Shown: positions 10,396-19,958 of the stretch, piece after piece | Layout: each line of letters begins with the position of its first letter | Numbering within the stretch: the first letter of the stretch is position 1 | Origin: Candidatus Hermodarchaeota archaeon | GTDB lineage: Archaea; Asgardarchaeota; Lokiarchaeia; Sigyniarchaeales; SOKP01 | Direction of reading: 5' to 3' | Length of the DNA stretch: 37,939 bases | Assembly (NCBI GenBank): GCA_048885925.1 | Contig: JBHLLG010000021.1 | Coordinates: 7,537-45,475, forward strand | Program-made: the position numbers and the translations under genes | The notes under the pieces: generated by a model | Told to the model about the DNA's origin: nothing | Database searches by the model: none | The model's input: only the letters and a program-made list of their open reading frames with translations

Positions 10396-11316
10396 TTAAT
10401 CTAATGAAATCTTAGATTGCTCAGTTTTTTTTAATTCCATAACCAGGGTATTATTAGTTTGTTTCCACAATCTTAATGAAATTAAACCAATGGAAATCAG
10501 TACAATGGGGTAGACTATTATTTCCAACAAAGAGGGATTCGCATTATAGCCAAATAATGCTCTTAACAAGGATCCAATTATTTCAAGCCAAGCAGGAGTT
10601 GTGGGATTCCCATCCGGAAATGTTTCTGGTAAAATGCTTTTGATATTCCATACATCTTCAATGATTGGATTCAGAATGCCAGCTTCAATAAATTCATGGA
10701 TACCATATGTAATTAACCCTGCAGCGAACAGTATTAAAATGATATTAGTAGTCTTGAAGAATTTTGATAAGTTAATTGTTCGAAATCCATAAAATGTTAG
10801 AAGTCCAATGAAAACAGAAATTCCTAAACCTATAAAGGAACCTAAAATAATGGTAATTTGGCTGATTGATCCTATGGAACTTGTTCCAGTTAATAAAAGC
10901 ATTAATTCGATTCCTTCTCTAATAATTATTACAAATGTTAAAATACTAATTGAAAATACTTTCTGTTTCTCAATTGAATGTTCTAATTTTTCTTCTAAAG
11001 TTTTGCGCATCTTTGGACCTTCTTTACTAACCCATAATATCAAGGTTATAATAAAAAGACCAGATATAATAAATGTAGCACCTTCAAATACTTCTTCTAA
11101 TATCCCTGTAAATCCTCCAAATAACATTGAAAAAATTATAGCAAAGGCTATACTTGATAAAATAGCCATGATTGCTCCAATATATACATATTTATTATAT
11201 GAGCTTTGTTTTGTCTTTTTTAAATACAAAAGTAAAATTACAACTACTAAAACTGCTTCTAAACCTTCTCTCAATGCTAAGAATGTTGGAGATATTAAAT
11301 CTATATATGTAACCAT
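10396..11316 (-). CDS. FTR1/EfeU-family high-affinity iron permease
   Basis: Two RExxE motifs (REGLE, REGIE), 7 TM segments, GIHEFIEAG. Confidence 0.92.
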   Translation of the reverse strand: MVTYIDLISPTFLALREGLEAVLVVVILLLYLKKTKQSSYNKYVYIGAIMAILSSIAFAIIFSMLFGGFTGILEEVFEGATFIISGLFIITLILWVSKEGPKMRKTLEEKLEHSIEKQKVFSISILTFVIIIREGIELMLLLTGTSSIGSISQITIILGSFIGLGISVFIGLLTFYGFRTINLSKFFKTTNIILILFAAGLITYGIHEFIEAGILNPIIEDVWNIKSILPETFPDGNPTTPAWLEIIGSLLRALFGYNANPSLLEIIVYPIVLISIGLISLRLWKQTNNTLVMELKKTEQSKISLD

Positions 11317-11375
11317 TAAATATTACCTCAAATAATTTTTCTATGTAAAAAATTTTTTTAAAAAATATAAAGTTT

Positions 11376-11389
11376 TTAGTTATACCTAA
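11376..11389. promoter_or_regulatory. Candidate DtxR/MntR-type metal-repressor box
   Basis: TTAG-N6-CTAA palindrome ~60 nt upstream of the FTR1 ATG, next to a TATA-like tract; single short instance. Confidence 0.4.
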
Positions 11390-11496
11390 TAAGTTTAAAA
11401 AAAGTTAAGTTCTAAAAATAAAGAAATTCAATTTTTTAGCTATTAATTTATGAGATTATATTAAATTAATAGTGTAAGTTAAAAGTCTTTTATTAG

Positions 11497-12753
11497 CTAT
11501 TTTGGAAAAAGTTTTACTATGACCCTATCTCCTTTTTTTAATCCCTCCTGATTTGGAGGAATCTCAATTATTCCATCAGATGAAATTAATGAACTAATTA
11601 TACTAGAACCTTTCAATTTTACTGGTATAGCAACGAAATTAAATCCTTCCTTTTCAATTTTCACTCGTAAATAATGCAGGATACCAAGACCAGAAACTGG
11701 AACATCTTTAGTAATTATTGCCAATACTTCACTTCTAGGATCTAAAACTACAGCACCTAACAGTTTCCTAAGAGCAGGTCCAACTATTCGTAAAAATGAA
11801 ATATATGCTGCTACTGGAGTTCCAGGAAGACAAAAAATTAAGGTGTCATTTAATAATCCTATTAAAACTGGAGATCCAGGTCTCATGGCGATACCATGTG
11901 TTAATATGCTACCCAATTCATTTACAATCTCAGGAAGATAATCTTTAGTACCAACAGAAGTACCTCCTGTAAAAATTATAATCTGAGAATCTTTAATTGC
12001 GTCAATTATTTTAGTTTTAATAGTTTCTTTATCATCTTCAACAGTCTCACCTCTAATAACCATCCCTCCATATAAATTAACTAAGGCAGATATCATTGAA
12101 GTATTTGAGTTATAGATTTTCGCTGGTTTTAACACATTACCAGGTTCAATTAATTCGTCTCCTGAAGAAAAAATACTTAGTGTTGGTTTAATACGTATTT
12201 GTATTTTATCGAATCCTAAAGAAGTTAAAAGAGCAATGTGTTCTGCTTTTAATTCTATCCCTTTAGTTAAAACTAAGTTTCCTTTTTTAATATCTTCTCC
12301 TTTTTTTGATATGTTTTTTCCTGGAACAACAGATGTGTAAAGTTTTATTTTTTCTTTCTCAATCTCCGTATCTTCGATTTTAATCACTGCATCAGCACCT
12401 TCTGGTATCAATGCTCCAGTGGAGATTTTAATTCCTTCACCTTTATTAAGTTTAAGAGTAGTATATTCACCAATTTCTATAGTGCCTACAAGTTTAATCT
12501 CTTTTGAATTTTTTGGAGAGGCTTTAAAGGAATCTTCTGCTTTAATAGCATAGCCATCCATGGCTGATCGATCAAAAGGGGGATTATCTACTTCAGAAAC
12601 TACATCATTTGCTAATACGCGATTTAATGCTTTACTTATTTCAATTTCTTCTGTATTATTTATTTGGATATATGAAATTAATTTTTCTAACGCATCTTCT
12701 AAGGGAGTTAATTTTGAAAAACCTATTTTTCGAAGTTTCTCCATAATTATCAT
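11497..12753 (-). CDS. moeA: Molybdopterin molybdo/tungsto-transferase MoeA (copy 2)
   Basis: PPFDRSAMDGYA, ISTGALIPEGADAV, SSGDEL, GGTSVG, MRPGSP, LPGTP. Confidence 0.93.
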   Translation of the reverse strand: MIIMEKLRKIGFSKLTPLEDALEKLISYIQINNTEEIEISKALNRVLANDVVSEVDNPPFDRSAMDGYAIKAEDSFKASPKNSKEIKLVGTIEIGEYTTLKLNKGEGIKISTGALIPEGADAVIKIEDTEIEKEKIKLYTSVVPGKNISKKGEDIKKGNLVLTKGIELKAEHIALLTSLGFDKIQIRIKPTLSIFSSGDELIEPGNVLKPAKIYNSNTSMISALVNLYGGMVIRGETVEDDKETIKTKIIDAIKDSQIIIFTGGTSVGTKDYLPEIVNELGSILTHGIAMRPGSPVLIGLLNDTLIFCLPGTPVAAYISFLRIVGPALRKLLGAVVLDPRSEVLAIITKDVPVSGLGILHYLRVKIEKEGFNFVAIPVKLKGSSIISSLISSDGIIEIPPNQEGLKKGDRVIVKLFPK

Positions 12754-13319
12754 TCGTCTTTATTGATTAAGTATAGAATATGTCCTAATTCAGGTATTAT
12801 TATGCGTTCTAATGCTAATTTCACCGCATTTGGAGAACCTGGAAGTAAAAAAACAACTTTATTCTTTTTTTTTCTTTTTAAAATGCCTGCGGTTGCTCTT
12901 GATAACATAGCAGAGGTACCAATCTCATTGTAAGATAAATATCGAAAGAGTTCTCCAAACCCATTAAATTTTTTTTCTAATCTGGGCTCTATAGTTTCAT
13001 ATGTAACATCTTTTGGTGATAATCCAGTACCACCACTAAATATTATCGAATCTATTGAATTATCTTTCATTAGTTCTACTAAAATTTTGTTAATATGTTG
13101 TTCTGAATCTGGTATAATTGTGGTAAATGATAAAGTTATTGTTTGGTTACCCTCCAATGAGCGCTTGACCTTTGGAATTGTTTTATCTGAAACCTTTTTT
13201 CCTGTTTTCATTTCATTAAATCGAGTTGTGCTTACTATAATTAGAGCTAAATTTACTTTTTCCGGAGCTTTCTCTTTATGTTGTTCGGGAACTTTTTTTT
13301 TTTTGATCATATTAATCAT
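12750..13319 (-). CDS. moaB: Molybdopterin adenylyltransferase MoaB/MogA
   Basis: SGGTGLSPKDVT, GFGELFR, AMLSRATAG, LPGSPNAV. Confidence 0.92.
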   Translation of the reverse strand: MINMIKKKKVPEQHKEKAPEKVNLALIIVSTTRFNEMKTGKKVSDKTIPKVKRSLEGNQTITLSFTTIIPDSEQHINKILVELMKDNSIDSIIFSGGTGLSPKDVTYETIEPRLEKKFNGFGELFRYLSYNEIGTSAMLSRATAGILKRKKKNKVVFLLPGSPNAVKLALERIIIPELGHILYLINKDE

Positions 13320-13341
13320 TTTTTTTCTTATTAAATCATTT

Positions 13342-14568
13342 TTAGAAGAAATATACCCTTTGTTTATCTCCCTTTTCTATAATTGATTCTAACTCTTCAA
13401 TTTCTATATAACCATCAGCATAGAACATTGTACTTATCGCTTCTGATCCTGTTTTAATAGGAAAAATTTTCTTTTTACCTTCTACATTTTGAATTTTGAC
13501 TGCTTTAAACTCATGTCTACCAATAGTACTATAAATTCTCTCTCCAACTTCCAATTCTTTTGAAAATATTTCTCTTAAAGGATACCCTGACATTTTTCTT
13601 AAGAAATTATCTATAAAAACATAAAAACAACTTAAAGCAGATGTTGGATATCCCGGCAGAATAAATAAGATTCTATTCTTTACTTTTGCAAAAATGATTG
13701 GTTTTCCTGGTTTGATTTTAACGCCATGTATCAGAATTTCAATGTCATCATAATGCTCTAAAACTTTTGGTCCCAAGTCACCCTCCCCTTTAGATGTACC
13801 ACCTGATAGTATAACAATATCGCTATATTTTAAAGCTTCATCCATAGCATTCTTCAAATCCTCAAAATCATCTTTTAAAACACCTAAAAAGTTCACATGA
13901 ACTCCTGTATTTTCTATGGCTTTTTTTAAAACTATGGAATTAACATCATAAATCTTACCAATTTCTAATTCTTTTATATCCTGGTTTACTAATTCATTTC
14001 CGGTACTAAGGAGCCCTACTATAGGTTTCTTATATACATGTACTTCTTTAATTCCACATGAAGCTAAAATACCTATAGTTGCTAAATCAATTAACGTGTT
14101 TTTTTTTACAATAACATTTCCTTTTTTGATATCATGACCAATTTCAATAACGTGAGTTCCAGGTGTTATTGCTTTAGATATTAAAATCTTACTATCTTGT
14201 TTATCAGTAAACTCGATCATAACAATACCATTTGAGTTTTCAGGGATAGCTGCACCCGTTGCTACGTATGAACATTGACCTTTATTTAATCCTTTTTGAG
14301 GGATATCTCCAGCCTGAATTATCTCGATTAATTCAAGTTCAATTAGGTTATCTTCCTCAGCATTAAAAGTATCCTCTGCAATCACTGCATAACCATCCAT
14401 TCGAGATTTCCTAAAGTGTGGTACATTAATATTGCTAGTAATTTCTCTTGAAGTAGTTCTGTTGAATGAATCCTCTAAAGAAACAAGTTCTTCTTCTGTT
14501 TCCACTTTATGAATTGTATTAAGTATGTTTCTAAATTCTTCCACACTAATAGTTTTGAGAAATTTCAT
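13342..14568 (-). CDS. moeA: Molybdopterin molybdo/tungsto-transferase MoeA (copy 1)
   Basis: PHFRKSRMDGYA, ATGAAIP, STGNEL, SGGTSKG, IKPGKP, LPGYP. Confidence 0.93.
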   Translation of the reverse strand: MKFLKTISVEEFRNILNTIHKVETEEELVSLEDSFNRTTSREITSNINVPHFRKSRMDGYAVIAEDTFNAEEDNLIELELIEIIQAGDIPQKGLNKGQCSYVATGAAIPENSNGIVMIEFTDKQDSKILISKAITPGTHVIEIGHDIKKGNVIVKKNTLIDLATIGILASCGIKEVHVYKKPIVGLLSTGNELVNQDIKELEIGKIYDVNSIVLKKAIENTGVHVNFLGVLKDDFEDLKNAMDEALKYSDIVILSGGTSKGEGDLGPKVLEHYDDIEILIHGVKIKPGKPIIFAKVKNRILFILPGYPTSALSCFYVFIDNFLRKMSGYPLREIFSKELEVGERIYSTIGRHEFKAVKIQNVEGKKKIFPIKTGSEAISTMFYADGYIEIEELESIIEKGDKQRVYFF

Positions 14569-14635
14569 CTAAGAATCAATTTTTTATTAGTTTAAAATAT
14601 TCAAAAATCATTTTTTAATCTTTTATAGTCCATTT

Positions 14636-15079
14636 TTAATGAATCCACTCGGAAGTTCCATCCTTAAAATCTTCCCTTTTCCATACCGCTATTTCTTTTT
14701 TATACATTTCAACAGCTTTACTAATTACTTGAAAACCTTCTTTCCTATGTGCTGATGCTACAACAACATAAACCAAATCTTCAGAAAGATCAAATTCACC
14801 TTTTAAATGAACAATTTTAACATCAATAATTCCTTCTTCTTTTTTCAATTTTTCACAAATATCATTTATACTTTTATTTGCTAATTCATCATAAGCATCA
14901 ATTTTCATACTTACTACAGGTTTACCATTGATCGATGTATCTCTTACGATTCCTGTGAAAGTATGGATAGAACCAGCCTTCTTTATTTTAGGATTTGTTT
15001 TAATTGAATTAATTATATTTTCTAATTCAATTTCTCTTTTATTATATATACCTGACTGAATTTCTTCATAAGTTTTCAT
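14636..15079 (-). CDS. moaE: Molybdopterin synthase catalytic subunit
   Basis: GSIHTFTGIVR, ASAHRKEGF, VWKRE. Confidence 0.92.
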   Translation of the reverse strand: MKTYEEIQSGIYNKREIELENIINSIKTNPKIKKAGSIHTFTGIVRDTSINGKPVVSMKIDAYDELANKSINDICEKLKKEEGIIDVKIVHLKGEFDLSEDLVYVVVASAHRKEGFQVISKAVEMYKKEIAVWKREDFKDGTSEWIH

Positions 15080-15085
15080 TACATT

Positions 15086-15364
15086 TTACCCTCCTGATAC
15101 CGGTAATAAGAACGCAATTGTGTCTCCATCTTTTAATCTGACAAGAGAGGGATTTTTCTCATGAATTGCTTGATTATTTACAATAACTGAAATTAAATTA
15201 TGTAATTTTTGTTCTTTTTCATCCCAAACTAACTTTCTTAAATTATATTTCTCAAATAATAAATTTAGTACTCCTTGTAAATTATTACTTGATAAATCGA
15301 ATTTCTCCTTCTCTTTACCAGTTATATCCTTAAATTCCGCAAAATATAGAACTTCAACATTCAT
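15086..15364 (-). CDS. moaD: Molybdopterin synthase sulfur carrier MoaD/SAMP-like
   Basis: VLYFA start, C-terminal PVSGG, adjacent to moaE. Confidence 0.92.
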   Translation of the reverse strand: MNVEVLYFAEFKDITGKEKEKFDLSSNNLQGVLNLLFEKYNLRKLVWDEKEQKLHNLISVIVNNQAIHEKNPSLVRLKDGDTIAFLLPVSGG

Positions 15365-15389
15365 CTATTAAACAAACTATTATTATTTA

Positions 15390-16310
15390 TTAATAATAAG
15401 GCTCTCGTGAATCTACAACTTGTTTTACGATTTGTTCATATTTAGCTAGTGAATAATGATTCCGGAGAGCTTCTTTAATATTTCTTCCGAGATCAGAACG
15501 GTATAAACATCCAAAAAGATTTCCATCACATCCTACACGTAATTTAGTACATCCCATACAAAATTCATGGCTCGGAGTAATTGTTTCAATTGTTGCAGAA
15601 TTTGGCAATATGAATATTTTTCGATTCTGCATAGAACCTCTAATTAATATTTTCTCTGCTTTTGATTCAAGTTCTTGAATTATTGGTTTAATATCCAAAT
15701 GATGCTTTTTATAAAATTCACCATTCCCAACAATGGCATCTGAAACTTCATGTAATTCAATCAATTGAAGAGTAAATTTATTCTTTCCACAGAACTCCAA
15801 CATCGATTCTAATTCATTATTGTTGAGTCCTTTCATTAAAACAAAATTTAATTTTATTGGATTGAATCCTACTTCCTTTGCTTTTTGTAAACCTTTTAAT
15901 ACTTTATCTAAAGAATCTGAACCATAAATTATCTTATATACTTCTTTATTAAGTGATCCTAATGAAACATTTATCCTATTTAAACCTGCTTCATACAATT
16001 CCTCTGCTTTTTCATATAAAAGGAGTCCATTGGTGGTTAATGAAATATCTTTATATAAATGTAGATCGGAAACATTTCTTATTATATGTACGATTTCTTC
16101 TCGACATAAAGGTTCCCCTCCCGTAAATTTAATTCTTGTAACTTTTAGTATTTCAGCTAATATTTTACATAATTTGGTGATCTCCTTAACTGTTAATTCT
16201 GATGTTTTAGGGATAAATCCTTCTTGGTCGCAATAAATGCAGTTATAATTACACTTAGAGGTAATAGAAAATCTTATGTGTTTAATTTCCCTATCGCATT
16301 TATCTTTCAA
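15390..16310 (-). CDS. moaA: GTP 3',8-cyclase (radical SAM)
   Basis: CNYNCIYC, TGGEP, LTTNG, C-terminal FCMGCTKLR...GCL cluster. Confidence 0.93.
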   Translation of the reverse strand: MKDKCDREIKHIRFSITSKCNYNCIYCDQEGFIPKTSELTVKEITKLCKILAEILKVTRIKFTGGEPLCREEIVHIIRNVSDLHLYKDISLTTNGLLLYEKAEELYEAGLNRINVSLGSLNKEVYKIIYGSDSLDKVLKGLQKAKEVGFNPIKLNFVLMKGLNNNELESMLEFCGKNKFTLQLIELHEVSDAIVGNGEFYKKHHLDIKPIIQELESKAEKILIRGSMQNRKIFILPNSATIETITPSHEFCMGCTKLRVGCDGNLFGCLYRSDLGRNIKEALRNHYSLAKYEQIVKQVVDSREPYY

Positions 16311-16322
16311 GTATCAATCTCC

Positions 16323-16748
16323 TTATTTTTTGATTTTTTCCTCAACCTTTACATCATAAATTTGAGTTGATGGATATTGGCCTTTCTCGTCTTTCTCATA
16401 CATTTTAACCACGTCCCATAGATTCAGAAGAGCAACACTTACCCCAGTTAAAGCCTCCATTTCAACACCAGTTTTAGCAAAGCTTTTTACAGTACAGGTG
16501 ACCTTTATAGTTTTATCTTTAATCTCAAAATCTATAATAACATTACTTATTGGAATTGGATGGCAAAAAGGAACCAAATCAGGTACTTTTTTTACAGCAC
16601 TAATGGCAGATATCTTTGCCACAGTTAAAGCATCCCCTTTTTCAACTTTCTTTGACTTAATTCGCTCTATTGTTTCTTCTTTAAGCTCAATTTTTCCCGA
16701 TGCAGTGGCAATCCTAAGAATTGTTTCTTTATCAGATATATCTATCAT
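16323..16748 (-). CDS. moaC: Cyclic pyranopterin monophosphate synthase
   Basis: MIDISDK, KGDAL, PFCHP, TGVEMEAL, WDVVK. Confidence 0.94.
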   Translation of the reverse strand: MIDISDKETILRIATASGKIELKEETIERIKSKKVEKGDALTVAKISAISAVKKVPDLVPFCHPIPISNVIIDFEIKDKTIKVTCTVKSFAKTGVEMEALTGVSVALLNLWDVVKMYEKDEKGQYPSTQIYDVKVEEKIKK

Positions 16749-16772
16749 TTCGGCTAAAATCTTAATATTTTA

Positions 16773-16796
16773 CGTTATACTTTTCTGTACATAACG
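16773..16796. promoter_or_regulatory. ModE-like operator upstream of moaC
   Basis: CGTTAT-N12-ATAACG inverted repeat; same motif and spacing recur at 19775-19798. Confidence 0.72.
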
Positions 16797-16836
16797 ATAC
16801 CTATTTATCTAAAATCTAAATTTCTTAAAAACTTAT

Positions 16837-17928
16837 TTATAATATTTTTACATCTGTTGCTTTAAAATTAATAAATACTTCAGAATTAATTTTTAATCCT
16901 AAGTTTTTCCTCGATAATTCTGTTATTGTTATCAAAAACTTCTCTGATTTGCATCTAACAATCAAATGACAAATATTACCCAGATCACGGATATTTTCAA
17001 TGATGCCTTTAAACGTATTTCTATAACTGGTATCCTTCGTAGGTTCTTTCACAATCCCAATACTTTCAGGTCTAATGCATACCTTCACTTCACCTTCTTG
17101 TTGACTTGAAGCTGTTATAATCAAATCGTTAACTTTAACTTGTAATAGACCTGTGGAATCATCAAGTTTTGCAGTTCCATTGAATATGTTTTCATAACCC
17201 ACGAAAAGAGCTGCAAATTCATCCTTCGGAGCTGTAAATATTTCATTAGGAGATCCTATTTGTGTTATTTGTCCATTATTGAGGACTGCAATGCGATCTG
17301 CATACTTTATTGCTTCGAGAGGGTCATGAGTACTCATAATAATAGTTTTCTCCTTATTTTGCTTTATATTCATGATAAAATCTTCTAATAACTTAAGATT
17401 CATTGAATCTAAATTAGCAGAAACTTCATCTAACAAATAGATCTCTGGATCAACAATAAAGTTCATTGCAATAGCTACACGTTGCATTTCTCCACCTGAT
17501 AATGATCTTGCATTTTTATCTTCCATCCCTTTTAATCCAATAAAATCAATCAGTTTATTTACAGCCTCCCTATATGTATCTTTTTTCTTTCCACGCACCT
17601 TTAGACCATAAGCAATATTATTAAAAACCGTTGTATTCCTTACAACTGGCTTTTGTCTTACAAATGAAAATTTTCTTCGATAAATGACTTTTTCTTTCTT
17701 TGAAATTTTGCTTAAATCTTTATTTTTATAAAATATTTTTCCTTGAGTTGGAGGTTCTAATAATCCTAATATTCTTAATAAAATGGTTTTACCACTCCCA
17801 TTTGGACCAATTATTACAAAAAATTCACCCTTATCAACTGAAAAGTTGATATTAGACAAAATTCTTATTTTTGATTTGTCTGTCTTGTAAAATTCTTTTT
17901 CAAGATTTTTTACTTCAAGTAATTTCAA
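16837..17928 (-). CDS. tupC: Tungstate ABC transporter ATPase with TOBE domain
   Basis: GPNGSGKT, LSGGEMQR, LLDE, STHD, C-terminal TOBE (IRPE...FKATDV). Confidence 0.85.
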   Translation of the reverse strand: MKLLEVKNLEKEFYKTDKSKIRILSNINFSVDKGEFFVIIGPNGSGKTILLRILGLLEPPTQGKIFYKNKDLSKISKKEKVIYRRKFSFVRQKPVVRNTTVFNNIAYGLKVRGKKKDTYREAVNKLIDFIGLKGMEDKNARSLSGGEMQRVAIAMNFIVDPEIYLLDEVSANLDSMNLKLLEDFIMNIKQNKEKTIIMSTHDPLEAIKYADRIAVLNNGQITQIGSPNEIFTAPKDEFAALFVGYENIFNGTAKLDDSTGLLQVKVNDLIITASSQQEGEVKVCIRPESIGIVKEPTKDTSYRNTFKGIIENIRDLGNICHLIVRCKSEKFLITITELSRKNLGLKINSEVFINFKATDVKIL

Positions 17929-17929
17929 T

Positions 17930-18625
17930 TTAATCAGCTCTAGTTTGTAATCGTGTCATTCCATAATTCACTATAAATGCAATTAAGATAAGAATTACGC
18001 CCAATGCAATAGCCATTCCAAATTCTCCCATTCGAGTTTCTAATACAATACTAGTTGTGAAAGTGCGAGTTTCCCAACGTATATTACCTCCAACTATCAT
18101 GACAGCACCTACTTCTGAGATTGCTTGACCAAAAGCTACGAGAAATCCAGCAATTATTGATTTTTTTGAATGTTTTATTAATTCCCACCATAATTGACGT
18201 TCATTAGCCCCTAAAGAAAGTACTGTTTCCTTCAATTCGAGATCAACACTTTCAATTGCAGCTTTTGCAGTTCCCATAATAATGGGAACAGCTAGAAGAA
18301 ATTGAGCAATTATCATAGCCGTCGTAGAATAAAGTAAGCCGAAAGCTCCAAATGGACCATTTCGAGAAAGTAATAAATAGACTATTAAACCCATAACAAC
18401 TGGAGGAAATCCCATAAAAGTGTTAATAATGTTCGTCAGCTCCCTTTTTCCTTTAAATTTTCGTAAGCCAATGAACGATCCGATTGGTAGAGCAACTAAA
18501 GCTGCTAAAAAGGTTGACGTTAAGGAGACTCGGAAAGATACTTCGATAATGCCCCATACTTCAGGATCAAAGGTAAATATCAAACGTATTGCTTCTAATA
18601 TTCCTTCTATAATTTCGTTTGACAT
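17930..18625 (-). CDS. tupB: Tungstate ABC transporter permease
   Basis: MGFPPVVMGL, LSRNGPFG, AISEVGAVMIVGGNI...TR. Confidence 0.9.
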   Translation of the reverse strand: MSNEIIEGILEAIRLIFTFDPEVWGIIEVSFRVSLTSTFLAALVALPIGSFIGLRKFKGKRELTNIINTFMGFPPVVMGLIVYLLLSRNGPFGAFGLLYSTTAMIIAQFLLAVPIIMGTAKAAIESVDLELKETVLSLGANERQLWWELIKHSKKSIIAGFLVAFGQAISEVGAVMIVGGNIRWETRTFTTSIVLETRMGEFGMAIALGVILILIAFIVNYGMTRLQTRAD

Positions 18626-18676
18626 GAGTTTTTCCTTATTATAATGTTAAGAAAAAAAAATATATTATAAAATTTC

Positions 18677-19711
18677 TTAAATTAACAGACTTGCAAATTC
18701 CGCATGGAAAGGTGTCCAAATAGTTACTTCATCTTCGGTTGTAGTACAACCAGTGTCGAAATCACATGTTCCAAAATCAGCATGGAATAAAACTTCATTA
18801 TTCTTTTTATATGAATTAATAAGTGATTGCCCATAAGGCGATGTAAGAAAACCAACGAATTGACATACAGAGATGTACTTTACGTGTGAATGTAGAACAG
18901 GATTAACAGGAATGATACCATATGGGTTAAGCAATAAACTTTCACCGATTATGGATTCTGCTAATATCTTTAGGGAAGTATAAGTATCATTAAATGAAAG
19001 CCATGTACCTCTATCAACTAACGTATACCCTTCATGGGCAGCAACAGCATCTTCATAAGTCATTAGTAATGTTTCTGCCATACCTTGTCCTGTTTCCGTA
19101 TACTTATCAGGTTGATTCTCCCATCTTGTTGCCGCTACAACTCCAATCATTTTCCATAATTCTTTTTCTTTCGAATGAGTTCCAGAATTATCACCTCTTG
19201 AATAAAATGTCATATTCCCTGTATCAATTGCATCTCTTAACTTTGTCATAACTGTTGTTATATTATCACCTAATTGTAAATTAGCAGGGTTGGATTTATG
19301 CCCAACTATAATAAAGTCATTATACATAACGCATGCGCGATGAATTCCGTATGGAATGCCATCAACACCAAGACTAGCATTGACAAAATCATCTTCTCTA
19401 GATCTCGAATGAACTAGAATCACATCAGCATTCCCATCTTTTCCATATTGTATTGCGGTTCCTGTACCTACTGACAACACTTTAATTTTAATCCCAGTTA
19501 GTTCAGTAAATTTGGGAAGTAAAAAATCTAATAATCCTGAGTCATATGTAGATGTGGTAGTTGCTAACGTAATCTTTTTTGGATTTTGAGCGTTTATGTA
19601 ATCGATTACAAAATATGTTCCAATAGAACCTCCCGCTATAATTATAAGAGCTAAAATGATAGCTTTTTTATGCTCACTTATTGCTTCTTTTAGTGGTCTT
19701 CTTGTTGACAA
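18677..19711 (-). CDS. tupA: Tungstate-binding protein with N-terminal membrane anchor
   Basis: LATTTSTYDSGLL, GTG, SRGDNSGTHSKE, GQGM, DRGT. Confidence 0.92.
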   Translation of the reverse strand: MSTRRPLKEAISEHKKAIILALIIIAGGSIGTYFVIDYINAQNPKKITLATTTSTYDSGLLDFLLPKFTELTGIKIKVLSVGTGTAIQYGKDGNADVILVHSRSREDDFVNASLGVDGIPYGIHRACVMYNDFIIVGHKSNPANLQLGDNITTVMTKLRDAIDTGNMTFYSRGDNSGTHSKEKELWKMIGVVAATRWENQPDKYTETGQGMAETLLMTYEDAVAAHEGYTLVDRGTWLSFNDTYTSLKILAESIIGESLLLNPYGIIPVNPVLHSHVKYISVCQFVGFLTSPYGQSLINSYKKNNEVLFHADFGTCDFDTGCTTTEDEVTIWTPFHAEFASLLI

Positions 19712-19774
19712 AGTATCTTATTCAATATTTATAGTTTAATTCGATATTTATTCAAAATTTTCATCAAATTTAAA

Positions 19775-19798
19775 CGTTATGTCCAATGGGTAATAACG
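19775..19798. promoter_or_regulatory. ModE-like operator between tupA and the divergent molybdo-enzyme gene
   Basis: CGTTAT-N12-ATAACG inverted repeat. Confidence 0.72.
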
Positions 19799-19958
19799 CC
19801 TGAAATTACAAAGAGGCCAAATCTGGTATATATATCATTATACTTTTTAGTAAATTCACTATTTTTTTATGAAACTTATTTTAACTTTAAATAAATTTAC
19901 CCTTTCAAAACATAAGCATTACAACTAAATATATTGGTTCAATAAATTATATAGAATT

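Noticed and set aside
19712-19958. Moco/Tuco riboswitch upstream of tupA
   Set aside because: No multi-stem GC-rich structure visible; the signal fits a DNA palindrome better
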